From positions 254,551 to 318,550 of the forward strand of contig CAWGFM010000005.1 of the NCBI GenBank assembly GCA_963821935.1: 64,000 nucleotides of DNA, in the 5' to 3' direction. The position numbers and the translations under genes are program-made. This DNA comes from an uncultured Actinomycetes bacterium (lineage in GTDB: Bacteria; Actinomycetota; UBA4738; HRBIN12). Below the pieces are notes generated by a model, which saw only the letters and a list, made by a program, of their open reading frames with translations, was not told the origin of the DNA and made no database searches. Each line of letters begins with the position of its first letter. Within the stretch, counting starts at the first letter, position 1. Below, in pieces: positions 11,644 through 22,894 of this stretch.

Positions 11644-12800
11644 TGGCCCATCCCCACCCGCTGCTCCGTCTGGTAGGTCTTGCCCTCGGTCTTGATCGCC
11701 GGCGCGATCACCAGCTCCGCCTTCTGGAATTCCTTGATCGTGGCGTACCCGGTGGTGGCCATGGACGTCGCGAGTGCGCCGAACAGGTTGAGGGTTCCGT
11801 CGTTCTCGTGCGCCGGCCCCCGCAGGATCTCCTCGATCGAGGCGACCTGCTGCGTCTTGACCCGGGTCCCGCGAGGCAGGGTGGGGTGGAAGGTGGCCAT
11901 GCCCCAGTGGTAGCCGCGCCCCGGCGCCTCATCGGCGCGGGTCATGGGCGAGCCGATCATGACGGCGTCGGCGCCGCACGCGATGGCCTTGGCGATGTCG
12001 CCGCCGGTGCGCATGCCCCCGTCGGCGATGACGTGGCAGTAGCGGCCGGTCTCGTGCAGGTGCTCACGGCGGGCGGCGGCGGCGTCGGCGATGGCAGTGG
12101 CCTGGGGCACGCCCACGCCGAGCACGCCTCGCGAGGTGCACGCGTTGCCCGGGCCGACACCGACCAGCACGCCCACGGCGCCGGTGCGCATCAGGTGCAG
12201 CGCGGTCGAGTACGACGCGCACCCGCCCACGATCACGGGGATGTCGAACGCGGGGATGAACTCCTTGAGGTTGAGCGGTGCGTGCCGGCTGGAGACGTGT
12301 TCGCCGGACACGACCGTTCCCTGGATCACCAGGATGTCGAGCCCCGCGTCCAGCACCAGCTTCGCGTACTGCTCAACGCGTTGCGGGGTGATCGACGCGC
12401 AGCTCACCACGCCGCCCGCCTTGATCTCCTCGATGCGGCGGCCGATCAGCTCTTCCTGCACCGGCTCGCCGTAGAGCTCCTGCATGCGCCGCGTGGCCTT
12501 CTCATCGGAGAGCTCGGCGATCTCAGCGTAGATGGGCTCGGGGTCCTCGTAGCGGGTCCACAGTCCCTCGAGGTTCAGGCATGCGAGGCCGCCGACGCGG
12601 CCGATCTCTGTGGCCGTGGCGGGCGAGACGGCCGCGTCCATGGCGCTGGCCATCATCGGCAGCTCGAACGTATAGGCATCGATCTCCCAGCGGATGTCGA
12701 TGTCCTCGGGGTCACGGGTTCGCCGCGACGGCACGATCGCCACCTCGTCGAAGCCGTATGCCCGGCGAGCCGTCTTGCCGATGCCGATCTCGAATTCCAT
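11640..12800 (-). CDS. IMP dehydrogenase family protein (GuaB3-like, no CBS insert)
   Basis: Starts [29 protein letters not shown], has the IMPDH TIM-barrel signature GGxxSxxS-like [10 protein letters not shown] and is ~373 aa. Its position relative to guaA and a choD-like gene parallels mycobacterial guaB3. Confidence 0.8.
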   Translation of the reverse strand: MEFEIGIGKTARRAYGFDEVAIVPSRRTRDPEDIDIRWEIDAYTFELPMMASAMDAAVSPATATEIGRVGGLACLNLEGLWTRYEDPEPIYAEIAELSDEKATRRMQELYGEPVQEELIGRRIEEIKAGGVVSCASITPQRVEQYAKLVLDAGLDILVIQGTVVSGEHVSSRHAPLNLKEFIPAFDIPVIVGGCASYSTALHLMRTGAVGVLVGVGPGNACTSRGVLGVGVPQATAIADAAAARREHLHETGRYCHVIADGGMRTGGDIAKAIACGADAVMIGSPMTRADEAPGRGYHWGMATFHPTLPRGTRVKTQQVASIEEILRGPAHENDGTLNLFGALATSMATTGYATIKEFQKAELVIAPAIKTEGKTYQTEQRVGMGH

Positions 12801-12916
12801 CTCCACCTCTGCTCGCTCGTCGTCGAAGCCGGTGCCGGCAACGCAGAACGCCCACCCGGTCGCCGGATGGGCGTCACTCACTCCATGCGCGAAGGGTAAC
12901 AGACGGTCCTGCGGGC

Positions 12917-14408
12917 TCAGACCAACCGATCCGCGATCCGCTCGCCGATCACCACGGTCGGCAGGTTGGTGGTGGCCCGCACGGTGGCCGGCATCAGGGA
13001 GGCATCGGCCACCACGAGTCCCTCCACCCCTCGGACCCGGCCATCGGGGTCGGTCACGGCGTTCGGGTCACCGGCCGGGCCCATGGCGCACGTGCCGACC
13101 GGGTGCCAGTAGTGGATCACACCCGCGCGCACCTCATGCGCCAGATCGCGGGAGCCGACGGTGGGGCCGGGCTCGATCTCGCGGCCCACGAGCGATCGCA
13201 TCGCCGGGCTCGATGCGAACCCGCGAGCGAGCGTGACCCCTTCGGTCAGCGCTGCCAGGTCGTGCCCATCCTGATCGGAGAGGTAGGCGTGATCGATCCG
13301 GGGCGGGTCGTCGACGTCCGGACCTCGCAGGGTGAGCGCACCGCGTGACCGCGGCGTGAGGTAGGCGGCGAAGATGGCGGTCCGCCCATCCATAGCCGTC
13401 TCGGGGAACACGTGCAGATCGAACACGCCATCGGGGGCGCCGGTCGTGGCTGCTTTCGCGAACCCTTGCTCGTCCGGTACGGGCATGCCGGTGGCCGCGA
13501 ACGCCTGGGTCCTGGCCACCAGCTCGTCCGTCGGCTCGAAGGAAAGCTCGAACGACGGGTGATCGTGCAGGTTTCGCCCCACGCCGGCCACGTCAGCGAC
13601 GATCGGGACCCCCAGATCCCACAATTCCTGGGCCGGACCGATCCCGCTCCGCAACAGCAGCTCGGGCGACCCATAGGTGCCCCCGGCGACCACGACCAGG
13701 TCGGCCCACGCCTCGGCCGCACCCCCGGGCAGCCCGGATCGCCATGACGCCGACGGCGCGGCCGTCTTCGATCACGATCCGGTGCACCAGGACACCGCCG
13801 GCGATCTGGATGCCCGGATGCCCCCGAACCGGGTCCAGATAGGCGAAGGCCGCGTTCCATCGCACGCCTTGGGGGCTGTTCGACGGTTCCACGCAGACCG
13901 CCGGCGTGCCATCGAGCGACTCGAGGTCGTCGATCGACGGCAATCCCAGCTCGGTGCCCGCTTCGACGAAGGCCCGATGCAACGGCGCCACCTCCTCGTC
14001 GCGGAACCGCCGCACCCGCATGCGTTGTGACGCCTCCTGGAACCACGGAGCGAGATCGTCCGCCGCCCATCCCACGAGACCCCGCTCCGCCCACCCGTCG
14101 TAGTCGGCTCGATGACCCCACGACGCGGTGCAGCCATTGTGCGAAGAGCACCCACCGATGACGCGGGCTCGCTCGTACGGCAGGTCCCGTCCCTCAAGCT
14201 CCGCATCCGACCGGTACCCCCAATCGTGGCTCGTGGGGATCGTGGAGGCGTCCAACAGATCGCTGGGCCAGCAGAGACCGCCGAACGATCCGTAGTCGGG
14301 CCCAGCTTCCAGCACCAGCACGCTGCGGCCAGACTCGACCAGACGGGCGGCCACGACCGAGCCCGCCGTACCACCACCCACCACGATCGCATCCACACCG
14401 TCGGTCAT
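12917..14408 (-). pseudogene. GMC-family FAD oxidoreductase (ChoD/choline dehydrogenase-like), frameshift ~13690-13720
   Basis: The N-terminus DAIVVGGGTAGSVVAARL (FAD fold) plus a GMC N-domain are in one frame. The C-terminal GMC domain (VAGGTYGSPELLLRSGIGP...GRNLHDHP...HPVGTCAMG) is in another frame. Confidence 0.65.
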
Positions 14409-14534
14409 GGCGCCGGATTCTAGAGTTACGAACGCTGGTTCATCCCACTAGGGTGATGCATCGGGCCCAAGGCTCGTGGCCTGCGGTGATGTACAGCCCA
14501 CCCTCGAAGTCCGTTGAGCTGTCGGATGAGATCG

Positions 14535-15284
14535 CTATGTCCCCTCGGGGTGGGCGATCTCGGTGTCGAGGGCTCCCTGAGCCGCCGCGGACCCGCTACG
14601 GCCGCCACCGTAGCCACGGAGCGCGAACGCCGCGGCGACTGCGACCATCGCGCCGGTCAGCGGTCCCGCGACGTAGACCCAGTAGTGCGTGAAGTCCGCT
14701 CCGACAAGGTCAGGGCCGAACGTGCGTGCGGGGTTCATGGACGCGCCCGAGATCGGGCTCCCCCACAAGCCTGCCAAGGCGATGTAGGCGCCCACGCCCA
14801 GTGCGCCGATCACGCCGAGGTTCTGGGCGCCCGAGGCCGTCCCCAAGATGACGCTCACGAGACCCAGGGTGAGAACCGCTTCCATCAGGAACGCGTCGAA
14901 GGAGGAGTACCCCGAGGCGGGGTAGTTGGACCCGAACGTCGCGGACACGTGGATCACGGATTGCAGGAACCACGCCGCGAGCGCCGCGCCCGCCAACTGA
15001 ACCACGATGTAGCCGGGCACACGACGCCAGGGGAAATCTCCCCGGAGCGAGAACGCGAGACTCACTGCCGGATTGAGGTGTGCTCCCGAGACCTTGCCCA
15101 TGAATAGGATGATCGCCATCACCATCAGTCCGGGCGCGACCACGGCCGCGGTTCGGCTGATCGTGTTGGGGAAGGCTTGCCCCATCATCCCGCCACCTGC
15201 AGCGACGAGCACCAGGAAGAAGGTCCCGAACAGTTCGGAGAACAGTCGGCGCCACTCCTGCTTCGGATCCTGGAAGTCGGCCAT
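14535..15284 (-). CDS. aquaporin / MIP-family channel
   Basis: Two NPA boxes (HLNPAVS and SMNPAR) and six TM segments. The start is taken at MADFQDP; alternative upstream ATGs are at 15350 and 15353. Confidence 0.85.
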   Translation of the reverse strand: MADFQDPKQEWRRLFSELFGTFFLVLVAAGGGMMGQAFPNTISRTAAVVAPGLMVMAIILFMGKVSGAHLNPAVSLAFSLRGDFPWRRVPGYIVVQLAGAALAAWFLQSVIHVSATFGSNYPASGYSSFDAFLMEAVLTLGLVSVILGTASGAQNLGVIGALGVGAYIALAGLWGSPISGASMNPARTFGPDLVGADFTHYWVYVAGPLTGAMVAVAAAFALRGYGGGRSGSAAAQGALDTEIAHPEGT

Positions 15285-15751
15285 CGGTTGCACGACTTCG
15301 ACCTCGAGCCAACGCTCGAAGTGTCCCTTCTGGTTCGGTTCCTGAGCCATCATCCCCCGCCACTCGTATGAATTCGATCTCCCACCGTGGGTCCATCGTT
15401 CAGTCCGCCAGCTTGCTCCAATGCTAGCCGTTCGTGCACACCGCGCGCGGGCCTGAGAATCCCGCCAGGCTGCTACGTTGAGGAACGCGCCAAGCATGCT
15501 TCCCCACCAGCCGGTTGCCAACAAGTCGGGGCTGGCGCGAACCGCACCAGCATGAGCGATCCAGGTTGGAGGGCACAGCTATCTCGTCCGCGAAGGCGGA
15601 AGCGCTCAAGTTCGTGGAAGTTCGTTGGCAGCTATCCACAAAGGGTCACCGGCCTGGCACAGGCGACCCAAACACCCTGGTCACCGCACTGCACCCCTCC
15701 CTCGCCCAGGTCACGGCGACGCTTCATTCATCCCGCTAGGGTGATGCTGCG

Positions 15752-17137
15752 GTGACGATGCTGCTGCATCGTCGAGAACGAGAGGGGAACTCCATGCCGG
15801 AAGACGAACACGTCAGTGAGCTCGCACAGCAGAACGAAGAGCTGCGCGCTGAGGTGGAATCGCTGAAGACGTCCCGCTCCCGCGCAGGTCGATTGCGGAT
15901 CCGCCGGATCGTGACCGCGATCCTGGTCGTGCTGACCAGTATCAGCGTCGTCGCCACCACCGCCGGGGTGTGGATGAATCGCACGATCTGGAACACCGAT
16001 CGATTCGTCGCGTTGGTCGCTCCCCTCTCGGACAACCGAGCCGTCACCGATGGGCTCGCGGTGAAGCTTGCCGAGGACACCTTCCAGGCCTTGGACGTGC
16101 AGGAACGCGTCCGGCAAGCCCTGGCGTCGATCCCGCGATTGCCCGAAGGCGCCGACGCGCTGCTTGCCGGTCCCCTCACGACATCTGCCCAGAGCCTGAT
16201 CGAGGATAAGGTGAAGGAGTTCCTGGCCTCGCCCGCATTCGACCGGCTCTGGATCGAGCTGAACACGCGCGTCCACGAGAAGGTTGTGGCCTTGCTGGAC
16301 GGAAACCTGGACGAGCTGCCCAACGTCTCGATCAACGACGGACAGGTGCAACTGAACATGCTCTCGGTGCTCGCCGACATCTTGCAGGAGGTGGCGCAGG
16401 ACGGCGCCGACGCCCTGGGCCTGAGCGTGACGGTTCCCGACATCCCGCCGGACCTGGCGACTTCCGACGCGATCAGCAGGCTGGGCGCTGCCCTCGGGGT
16501 CACGTTGCCCGCGGATTTCGGCCAGCTCACGATCATGAGCGAGACGCAACTCAACGACTACCAATCGGCAGCGGGCAACCTCCAAAAGCTCTCGGGAGCC
16601 CTTTTCGTGCTCAGCTGCCTCTTGTTCGTCCTCGCGATCGCTGCTTCACCCTTCAGGCGCCGCACCCTGATCTGGCTGGGCGTCGGCGTCGCCATCGGTC
16701 TCTTCCTCGGAGGCGTCTTGATCAGACGACTCCAGCAGCGCCTGCTCGATGCCATCACCGATCCCAGCGGCGACGCTGCCGCTAGGCAGGTCTTCGAGGA
16801 GGTCCTGGCGGGACTTCGGCGGGTGGGCTTCGTGGTGTTGCTCGTGGCGGTGGTCGTGGCCTTGATCGCCTACCTCGCCGGATCACCGCCCTGGGCACAA
16901 CGGGCCCTGACGCGCGGCCGCACCCTCACGGCAGCTCGCCCCGAGGGCAGCGAATTGGAGGTGTGGCTGGCGGCCCACGCAGACGCGACCCGGATCGGCG
17001 GAGCGATCGTCGCGACGCTCATCCTCTTCGTCACGGGGATCGACTGGTTCCCGGTGGGCATCGTGCTGGCCCTGTACGGGCTGTTGCTGTGGAGCGTTGC
17101 GGCGGCGCAGAAACGGGTCGCCGCCGCGACCCCGTAG
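15752..17137 (+). CDS. hypothetical polytopic membrane protein (N-terminal coiled coil, TM, large loop, multi-TM C-terminus)
   Basis: 461-aa intact ORF with several long hydrophobic helices. No recognisable family. Confidence 0.55.
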   Translation: MTMLLHRREREGNSMPEDEHVSELAQQNEELRAEVESLKTSRSRAGRLRIRRIVTAILVVLTSISVVATTAGVWMNRTIWNTDRFVALVAPLSDNRAVTDGLAVKLAEDTFQALDVQERVRQALASIPRLPEGADALLAGPLTTSAQSLIEDKVKEFLASPAFDRLWIELNTRVHEKVVALLDGNLDELPNVSINDGQVQLNMLSVLADILQEVAQDGADALGLSVTVPDIPPDLATSDAISRLGAALGVTLPADFGQLTIMSETQLNDYQSAAGNLQKLSGALFVLSCLLFVLAIAASPFRRRTLIWLGVGVAIGLFLGGVLIRRLQQRLLDAITDPSGDAAARQVFEEVLAGLRRVGFVVLLVAVVVALIAYLAGSPPWAQRALTRGRTLTAARPEGSELEVWLAAHADATRIGGAIVATLILFVTGIDWFPVGIVLALYGLLLWSVAAAQKRVAAATP

Positions 17138-17154
17138 GGCGAAGAGAAGCGAGC

Positions 17155-17850
17155 ATGCCGGAGGGTGCGAACGCCGAGGTTGCCCACCATCTGCACGAAC
17201 GCGGTCGGCACGGTGCCGAGGGCTCAGATCCCCTCCCGAGGTCGGATCGCGTTCTGGAGATCGGCGAGGCGATCCTGCTCGCGCTGGTCGCGATCGCGAC
17301 CGCGTGGAGCGGGTATCAGGCTGCTCGGTGGGACGGACGGTCGGCCGAGCGCTACGCGGAGGCATCGAAGTACCGGGTGGAACAGGACCTCGCCGCCACG
17401 CAGGGGGGCCAGGAGCGGATCTATAACTCCGGGGTGTTCAACTCATGGATCGTGGCCACCACCACCGGCGACCAACGGGCGGCCACCATCTTGGAGCGGC
17501 GGTTCACCGACAATTATGCGGTGGCGTTCGAGGCCTGGCTGAAGACCGATCCGTTCAACGACCCGAACGCTCCCGCGGGCCCGGCGTTCATGCCGGAGTA
17601 CCGTAACGAGTTCGAGCAGCGCGCCACGACGCTGGGCGAGCAGGCATCTACGGCGTTCGAGGAGGGAGCATCCTCGCGTGAGCGCGGCGAAGACTTCGTC
17701 CGCGTCACGGTGATCATGGCCATGGTCTTGTTCCTGATCGCGATCTCCCAGCGTTTCGAGGTCAGGAAGGTCCGCATGGGCTTGATCGTCGTGGCGTTGG
17801 CGTTCCTGGTTACCGGGGTCTCGTTGCTGGTCAGCTATCCACGGCTCTGA
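17155..17850 (+). CDS. hypothetical membrane protein (TM - ~150 aa soluble domain - TM)
   Basis: ATG at 17155 lies 18 nt after the upstream stop. Hydrophobic segments are at both ends. Confidence 0.5.
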   Translation: MPEGANAEVAHHLHERGRHGAEGSDPLPRSDRVLEIGEAILLALVAIATAWSGYQAARWDGRSAERYAEASKYRVEQDLAATQGGQERIYNSGVFNSWIVATTTGDQRAATILERRFTDNYAVAFEAWLKTDPFNDPNAPAGPAFMPEYRNEFEQRATTLGEQASTAFEEGASSRERGEDFVRVTVIMAMVLFLIAISQRFEVRKVRMGLIVVALAFLVTGVSLLVSYPRL

Positions 17851-18460
17851 GACCTTCGGGCGGTTCCTGGAGCCCCTCGTCTCTGGGGTCGGTTGGTGCC
17901 GCCTTCCACCGAGCCGGTTGCCACGCGTTGATGACCTTGGCCACCGCTGTCACCAGGAACAGCTGACCGATCAGCATCTCGATCACGGCGAACGACTGGC
18001 CCGGATTGCCGGCGGGCACCAGGTTGCCGTAGCCGGTGGTGGTCAGGGTCGTGAAGCTGAAGAAGAGTGACTGGGCAACCGTCGTGTCACCCGCGGCACC
18101 CTCGAAGAACACGCTCGATCCGATCTCGGCCATCGCTTGATACGTGAAGGCGAAGAACATGCCCACGAACAGGTATGCGGCAACCGCGCCCAGCACGGTC
18201 TCCTGATCGACATCGGGCTGAGACACGAGCGACCGAAGGATCGACATCGGGGCGATGAGGTAAAGCAGCGCACTCACCGTGAACATCAGCCCCGCCAGAC
18301 GCAGCTTCGTCGACGCCAACGAGGTTGAGACCCGCGACGATCGCGGACAGCGACTAGCACGACGCTCGCAACCGCAAGCACCCCGCGCCGAGCTCCCGCG
18401 ACGCGCAGAGCGAGCCAGACGGTCGCGATCTGCACCATCAGCACCAGGGAACGCGCCCAC
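17831..18460 (-). CDS. potassium-channel-like protein (Ion_trans_2 pore), N-terminus possibly frameshifted
   Basis: Selectivity filter TLTTTGYGN is flanked by a pore helix and TM2. An overlapping frame (18286-18561) encodes extra TM helices, which suggests a shifted N-terminal part. Confidence 0.5.
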   Translation of the reverse strand: MGAFPGADGADRDRLARSARRGSSARGACGCERRASRCPRSSRVSTSLASTKLRLAGLMFTVSALLYLIAPMSILRSLVSQPDVDQETVLGAVAAYLFVGMFFAFTYQAMAEIGSSVFFEGAAGDTTVAQSLFFSFTTLTTTGYGNLVPAGNPGQSFAVIEMLIGQLFLVTAVAKVINAWQPARWKAAPTDPRDEGLQEPPEGLRAVDS

Positions 18461-18597
18461 GCCGCTGTCAAGCCGACCGACAGGGCGTACGTGAGGAGGA
18501 TCAGCACGAGAACGGATCCGAAGCTGTGCAGCGAAACGAAGGCGAGCAGGAGCCGTCGCAAGGGTCTCGGTCGATCACCTGGACCGTGCGACGTCGC

Positions 18598-19074
18598 TCA
18601 TCGTGGCGAACGACGCCTACGGAGGGTGTCGTCGGTCACTGCCACCGACAGCACATATGCAGCGTGGGTGCCCACGGCGGTCGCCAGCACGGCCGGCGGC
18701 CACTTCCACGGCGGAGGCGTCTTGCCCAGCAACGGGAACAGCGTGAACGTGGCAGTCATGAGCGTGGCTCCGAACACCAACGCTGCCCAGGGTTCGGGCA
18801 TCATGAAGCGCAGCGTGCCGTGCCAGACGCCGAACGCCGAGCCATACCCCCAACGCAGTGCCAAACCCAGTTCCTCGTCCTCCCGATCGGTGACGTTCGG
18901 CAGGTGCAGGATACCCGCAACGATCTCTCCGGGCACCAGGCTGTCGTCGTAGTCGAGCTGGCTGGTCGCGTGCCGAACCCTGCGCTCCGTGCCGTAGGCG
19001 ACACTCATGGCGGCGGTTCCGGCGAGTCCGGCGATCACACTTCGGGCGGGCCACGGGAGGTTCATGACCTTCAT
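18598..19074 (-). CDS. hypothetical membrane-associated protein
   Basis: 158-aa ORF with plausible composition and a hydrophobic C-terminal half. Confidence 0.4.
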   Translation of the reverse strand: MKVMNLPWPARSVIAGLAGTAAMSVAYGTERRVRHATSQLDYDDSLVPGEIVAGILHLPNVTDREDEELGLALRWGYGSAFGVWHGTLRFMMPEPWAALVFGATLMTATFTLFPLLGKTPPPWKWPPAVLATAVGTHAAYVLSVAVTDDTLRRRRSPR

Positions 19075-19156
19075 CCTTCCATGCGAATGAGCCGCATGGG
19101 TCGATGCACGGCCACCGCGAACCCGTGCGCACCAGTGGCGCGGCCCGCCCCAGCTG

Positions 19157-19925
19157 CTACAGGCCTGGACTGCTCTGCATCAATCCTCCATCCGCGAACA
19201 CCGTGGTCGCCGTCACATAGCTGGAGCCGTCGCCCGCCAGGAAGGCCACGACGCTCCCGATCTCGTTCGGTTCGGCCATCCGCCCCAACGGGATGGCGAC
19301 GTCCAGGGTCTTCATCTTCGCCGGGATCATCCTCGGTCGACTTGTTGATGGGCGTGTCGACCGCTCCAGGCCCGACCCCGACCACCGTGATCTGGTGCGG
19401 TGCCAACTCCACTCCCGCCGTACGGGTCAACATCCGCATCCCGCCCTTCGACAGGCAGTACGCGGTGTTGTCCGGCATCGGCCAATCCTCGTGCACCGAC
19501 GTGATGTTGATGATGCGCCCTCCGTCGCCCTGCGCGATCATCTGCTTCGCCGCCACTTGCGTCCCGAAGAACGCGCTCTTGAGGTTCACGTTCAGGACGA
19601 ACTCGTACTGCTTCTCCGTCGTATCGAGGACCGACGTGCGTGTCTCCACGCCGGCGTTGTTCACCATGATGTCGAGGCGGCCGAACGTCTTGACCGCAGC
19701 ATCCACCAAGGCCTGCAGATCCTCGAGCTTGCTGACGTCCGCATCGACCCCGATCGCCTGATCGCCGAGCGCGGCGACCTGCTTCTCCAACTCCTCGGTC
19801 GCCTCGGGGTGCGCGACGTAGTCGATCACGATGTTGGCGCCTTGCTCCGCCAACGAGAGCACGATCCCCTTCCCGATGCCGCTGTTGCCTCCGGTGACGA
19901 TCGCTACCTTCCCCTGCAGGCTCAT
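19157..19925 (-). pseudogene. SDR-family oxidoreductase (glucose 1-dehydrogenase-like), frameshift ~19310
   Basis: MSLQGKVAIVTGGNSGIGKG...NNAG...the Y/K catalytic region reads in one frame up to INKSTEDDP. The conserved C-terminus (AKMKTLDVAIPLGRMAEPNEIGSVVAFLAGDGSSYVTATTVFADGGLMQSSPGL*) is in the +1 frame. There is an extra G in cccggcg. Confidence 0.65.
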
Positions 19926-19967
19926 CATCGCTCCCTTCCGCCGACGCTTGGCTCCCTTCCGCCGAGC

Positions 19968-20640
19968 GATAGGCGAGATGGACAGCACCATCGCCATCGA
20001 CGGTCACGCGGTTCTCCGGGAGCGGAAGATCCTCGGTCGTCAGCCAGAAGTCCACGGCATGCTCGGCGACGTCGGCGAGGCTCCATCGAGGCGCGAGCAT
20101 GGTCAGCTTCGGCTCCTCGCCCTTCATCGCGGCTGCGTTGGACTTGCCAACCATCTGGATCTGGCCGATCGGGTGATCGAAGTCTGCTGTCCCGAAGTAG
20201 AAGTCATTGACCGCCAACGTCTTCTGGAAGGTCGTGTCGGTGGGCTCCTTCGAGAGGGCCACCACGGCCTTGCTGTTGTGGAACATGTAGTTCCTGCCCA
20301 CTTGGTCTGAGCCATTGGCCAAGCCGGAAGGATGCGCTTCGTTCGCCGAGTTCAGCAGCAGCTTCGCGCTGTTCGCCGCCCCGGCGGAGACGACGACGAG
20401 GTCGGCTTCGTAGGTCTCTTCGCTCCTTTGCGCGAGACGATGACGCCGGTGACCACACGACCCGCACTATCTGTTTCGAGCTTCTCACCTCGGCGCCAAC
20501 GAGCAGGGTCACGTTCTCGTGATCGAGTGCCGGGCGGACAGCCATGACTTCCGCGTCGGATTTCGCATGCACCAGACAGGGATAGCCATCACACCACGTG
20601 CAAGCGGATGCACGTGCTCGCGTTCAGGCATCCGTGCCCC
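19968..20640 (-). pseudogene. FAD-dependent (GMC-like) oxidoreductase remnant, truncated at both ends with >=2 frameshifts
   Basis: Pieces ALDHENVTLLVGAEV / ETDSAGRVVTGVIVSRKG / TYEADLVVVSAGAANSAKLLLNS...VGRNYMFHN occupy three different frames. No N-terminal FAD-binding part fits before the neighbouring gene. Confidence 0.45.
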
Positions 20641-21950
20641 CGTCCTCGTCGTCGCCATCCCAGTCGATCCGCCCTGCGCCCGTGCGGTCGAGCACCTGTG
20701 ATCCGCGCGTCTTCGAGAAGTAGTCCCAGGCCCAACTGACGAAGGCGTCGGCGCGGTGTTTCATCCCGCTCAGCAGCACGACATGCACGCCGAGCCATGC
20801 GGAGAATGCGATCGGTCCGTGGAGCTCATGGCGATGCTCACCGACTTCCGCCACGGCAGCGTTCCGACCGATCATCGCCATGATCCCCTTGTCGTGATAG
20901 TCGAAGTCGTGGCGGTCTTTCCCTGCGATATCTGCCTTGATGTTCGAGGCCGCCCATTCCCCCGATTGCTGGGCCACCGATCCCAGCTGAGGCAGGGGGT
21001 TGCCGTCGGCACCCTCGATGTTCGCGACGTCACCCACCGCGTACACCCCCGGGTGATCCACGACCGTGAGGTCGGGCTGCACGTCGATGCGCCCCCCGCG
21101 ACCGGTTGGCAGACCCGTCGTTCCCACGATCGACGCGGCATGCAGACCGCCACCCCAGATCACGCAGCGTGTGTCGATCTTCTCCCCGTCCGATAGCAGG
21201 ACATGGCCCGGATGGATCTCCTTCACGCCCGTGCCTAGGCGCAACTCGACGCCATCATGCTCGAGCGCCTTGGCAGCGTAATCGTGCGCCTTCGCGGAGA
21301 AGGCGCCGAGCACGGCGTCCCCGAGGTCGACCAAGATGACGCTGGCCGCCGAGACGTCCAGGTCGGGGTACTCAGTCGGGCAACACATCGCGGATCATCT
21401 CCGCGAGTGCGCCTGAGATCTCCGTGCCCGTTGCCCCAGCCCCGACGACCACGAAGTTCAAGGCGCCGCGATCCAGCAGCGATGGATCGCGATCGGCATC
21501 CTCGAATGCTTCCAGGACTCGTGAGCGAAGCCTCTCCGCATCGTCGAGCGAGTACAGCGGGAACGCGTGCTCTGCACCCGGCGTGCCGAAGAAGTTCGGG
21601 CGGCTTCCACCGGCCAGCACGAGGAAGTCGCCCGACAACGTCTGTCCATCATCGAGCGTCACGGCGCGGGCAGCGGGGTCGGCAGCCACGACCTCCGCCA
21701 TCTTCACATCAACGTTCGGGTGCTTCCTGAAGACCGCACGGATATCCATCGCCACATCCGAGGATGCGAGTTGCGAGGTCGCCACTTGATAGAGCAACGG
21801 CATGAACTGCTGGTAGTTGTGTCTGTCGATCACCGTGACCCGCACGTCATCGTGCTTGGCGAGTTCCCTCGCGCATCCGACGCCTGCGAACCCGGCTCCG
21901 ATGACGATCGCGTGCCGTCGTTCGTGCGGCTTCGTCTCGTTCCCCGTCAT
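20624..21950 (-). pseudogene. ndh: type II NADH:quinone oxidoreductase (NDH-2), +1 frameshift at 21385 (CCC run)
   Basis: N-terminal FAD site AIVIGAGFAGVG and C-terminal NAD site/quinone region (VYAVGDVA). AEMIRDVLP|TEYPDLDVSAASVILV is restored by deleting one C. Confidence 0.7.
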
Positions 21951-22889
21951 GGATGACTCCTCCCTTGTCGACCTCGCACGCTGATGCCCCATCGTGCGCG
22001 CCACGGATCTCCGGGGATCAGGCGTTCAACGTCGGACCCGGTCGCGAAAGCGTTGGGTGGGCAGGTCATCGGCTCGACCGCGATGCCCCCTCGTCGACGT
22101 GATTCCGGCTCCACGGTGTCGCCCGTGTACACCATGAGGTACCGGAATCGATCGTCCGCCCAGATCGTCGCGCCTCGATCGCCGTCTTGGGTGCCGATGT
22201 GCGCCCGAACGTAACCGTCGTCGTCTCGGTTCAGTCCCGTGTAGCAGGTATCCAGCCGCATCGAACCGATCCGACGTGCGCTGGTGTAGTCGAACGATGT
22301 TCCCGCGACCGATTCAGCACCGGTCGGCAACCCGCGGTCGTCGGTCACGACACGCCGCTCGGCCGGGATCGATACGACGGCGTGATCGATCGGTCTCCCG
22401 ATCGTCAGGTAAGGGTGGAAACCGATCCCGAACGGGGCGGGCGTCGCCGATGCGTTCTCCACTTGGATCGACACCTCGATCCCCTGGTCCGTGAGCCGGT
22501 ACTCGAGTCCGAGGTCTAGGAACCAGGGGTAGCCGGGTTGCGGAGCGAGCGTGTAGCCGAGCTCGATCGACATCGTCCGATCGCGCCACCACCCTCCAGG
22601 GATGCCACCGCACCAGCCCGTGGATAGCGTTCTGACGTTCCGGTTCGTCGAGGGCGGCTCGCCCCTGCATCCCCTCGAACGTGTACCGCCCCTGGTCCAG
22701 GCGGTTCGGCCACGGCGCCAGCACCTGGCCCCGCCCAGCAGGCGAGACCTCGTCCGCGCTGAAACCGTCGAGGACGTCCACATCGTCCACCGAGAAGTTC
22801 CGCAAGGTGGCTCCCACCTCGGTCACGATCGCGCGGTGAGACCCACGCGCGATCTCGTGCTGCGCGCCGGAGGGCGGTCGGTCGCCCAC
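21947..22889 (-). pseudogene. aldose 1-epimerase (galactose mutarotase-like), frameshift ~22560-22580
   Basis: The N-terminal half (VLAPWPNRLDQGRYTFEGMQGRAALDEPERQNAIHGLVRWHPW) and the C-terminal half (GFHPYL...YLMVYTGDT...GIAVEPMTCPPNAF) are in different frames. A GTG start lies 5 nt after the GH15 stop, and the stop overlaps the ndh start (ATGA). Confidence 0.65.
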
Positions 22890-22894
22890 GATGC

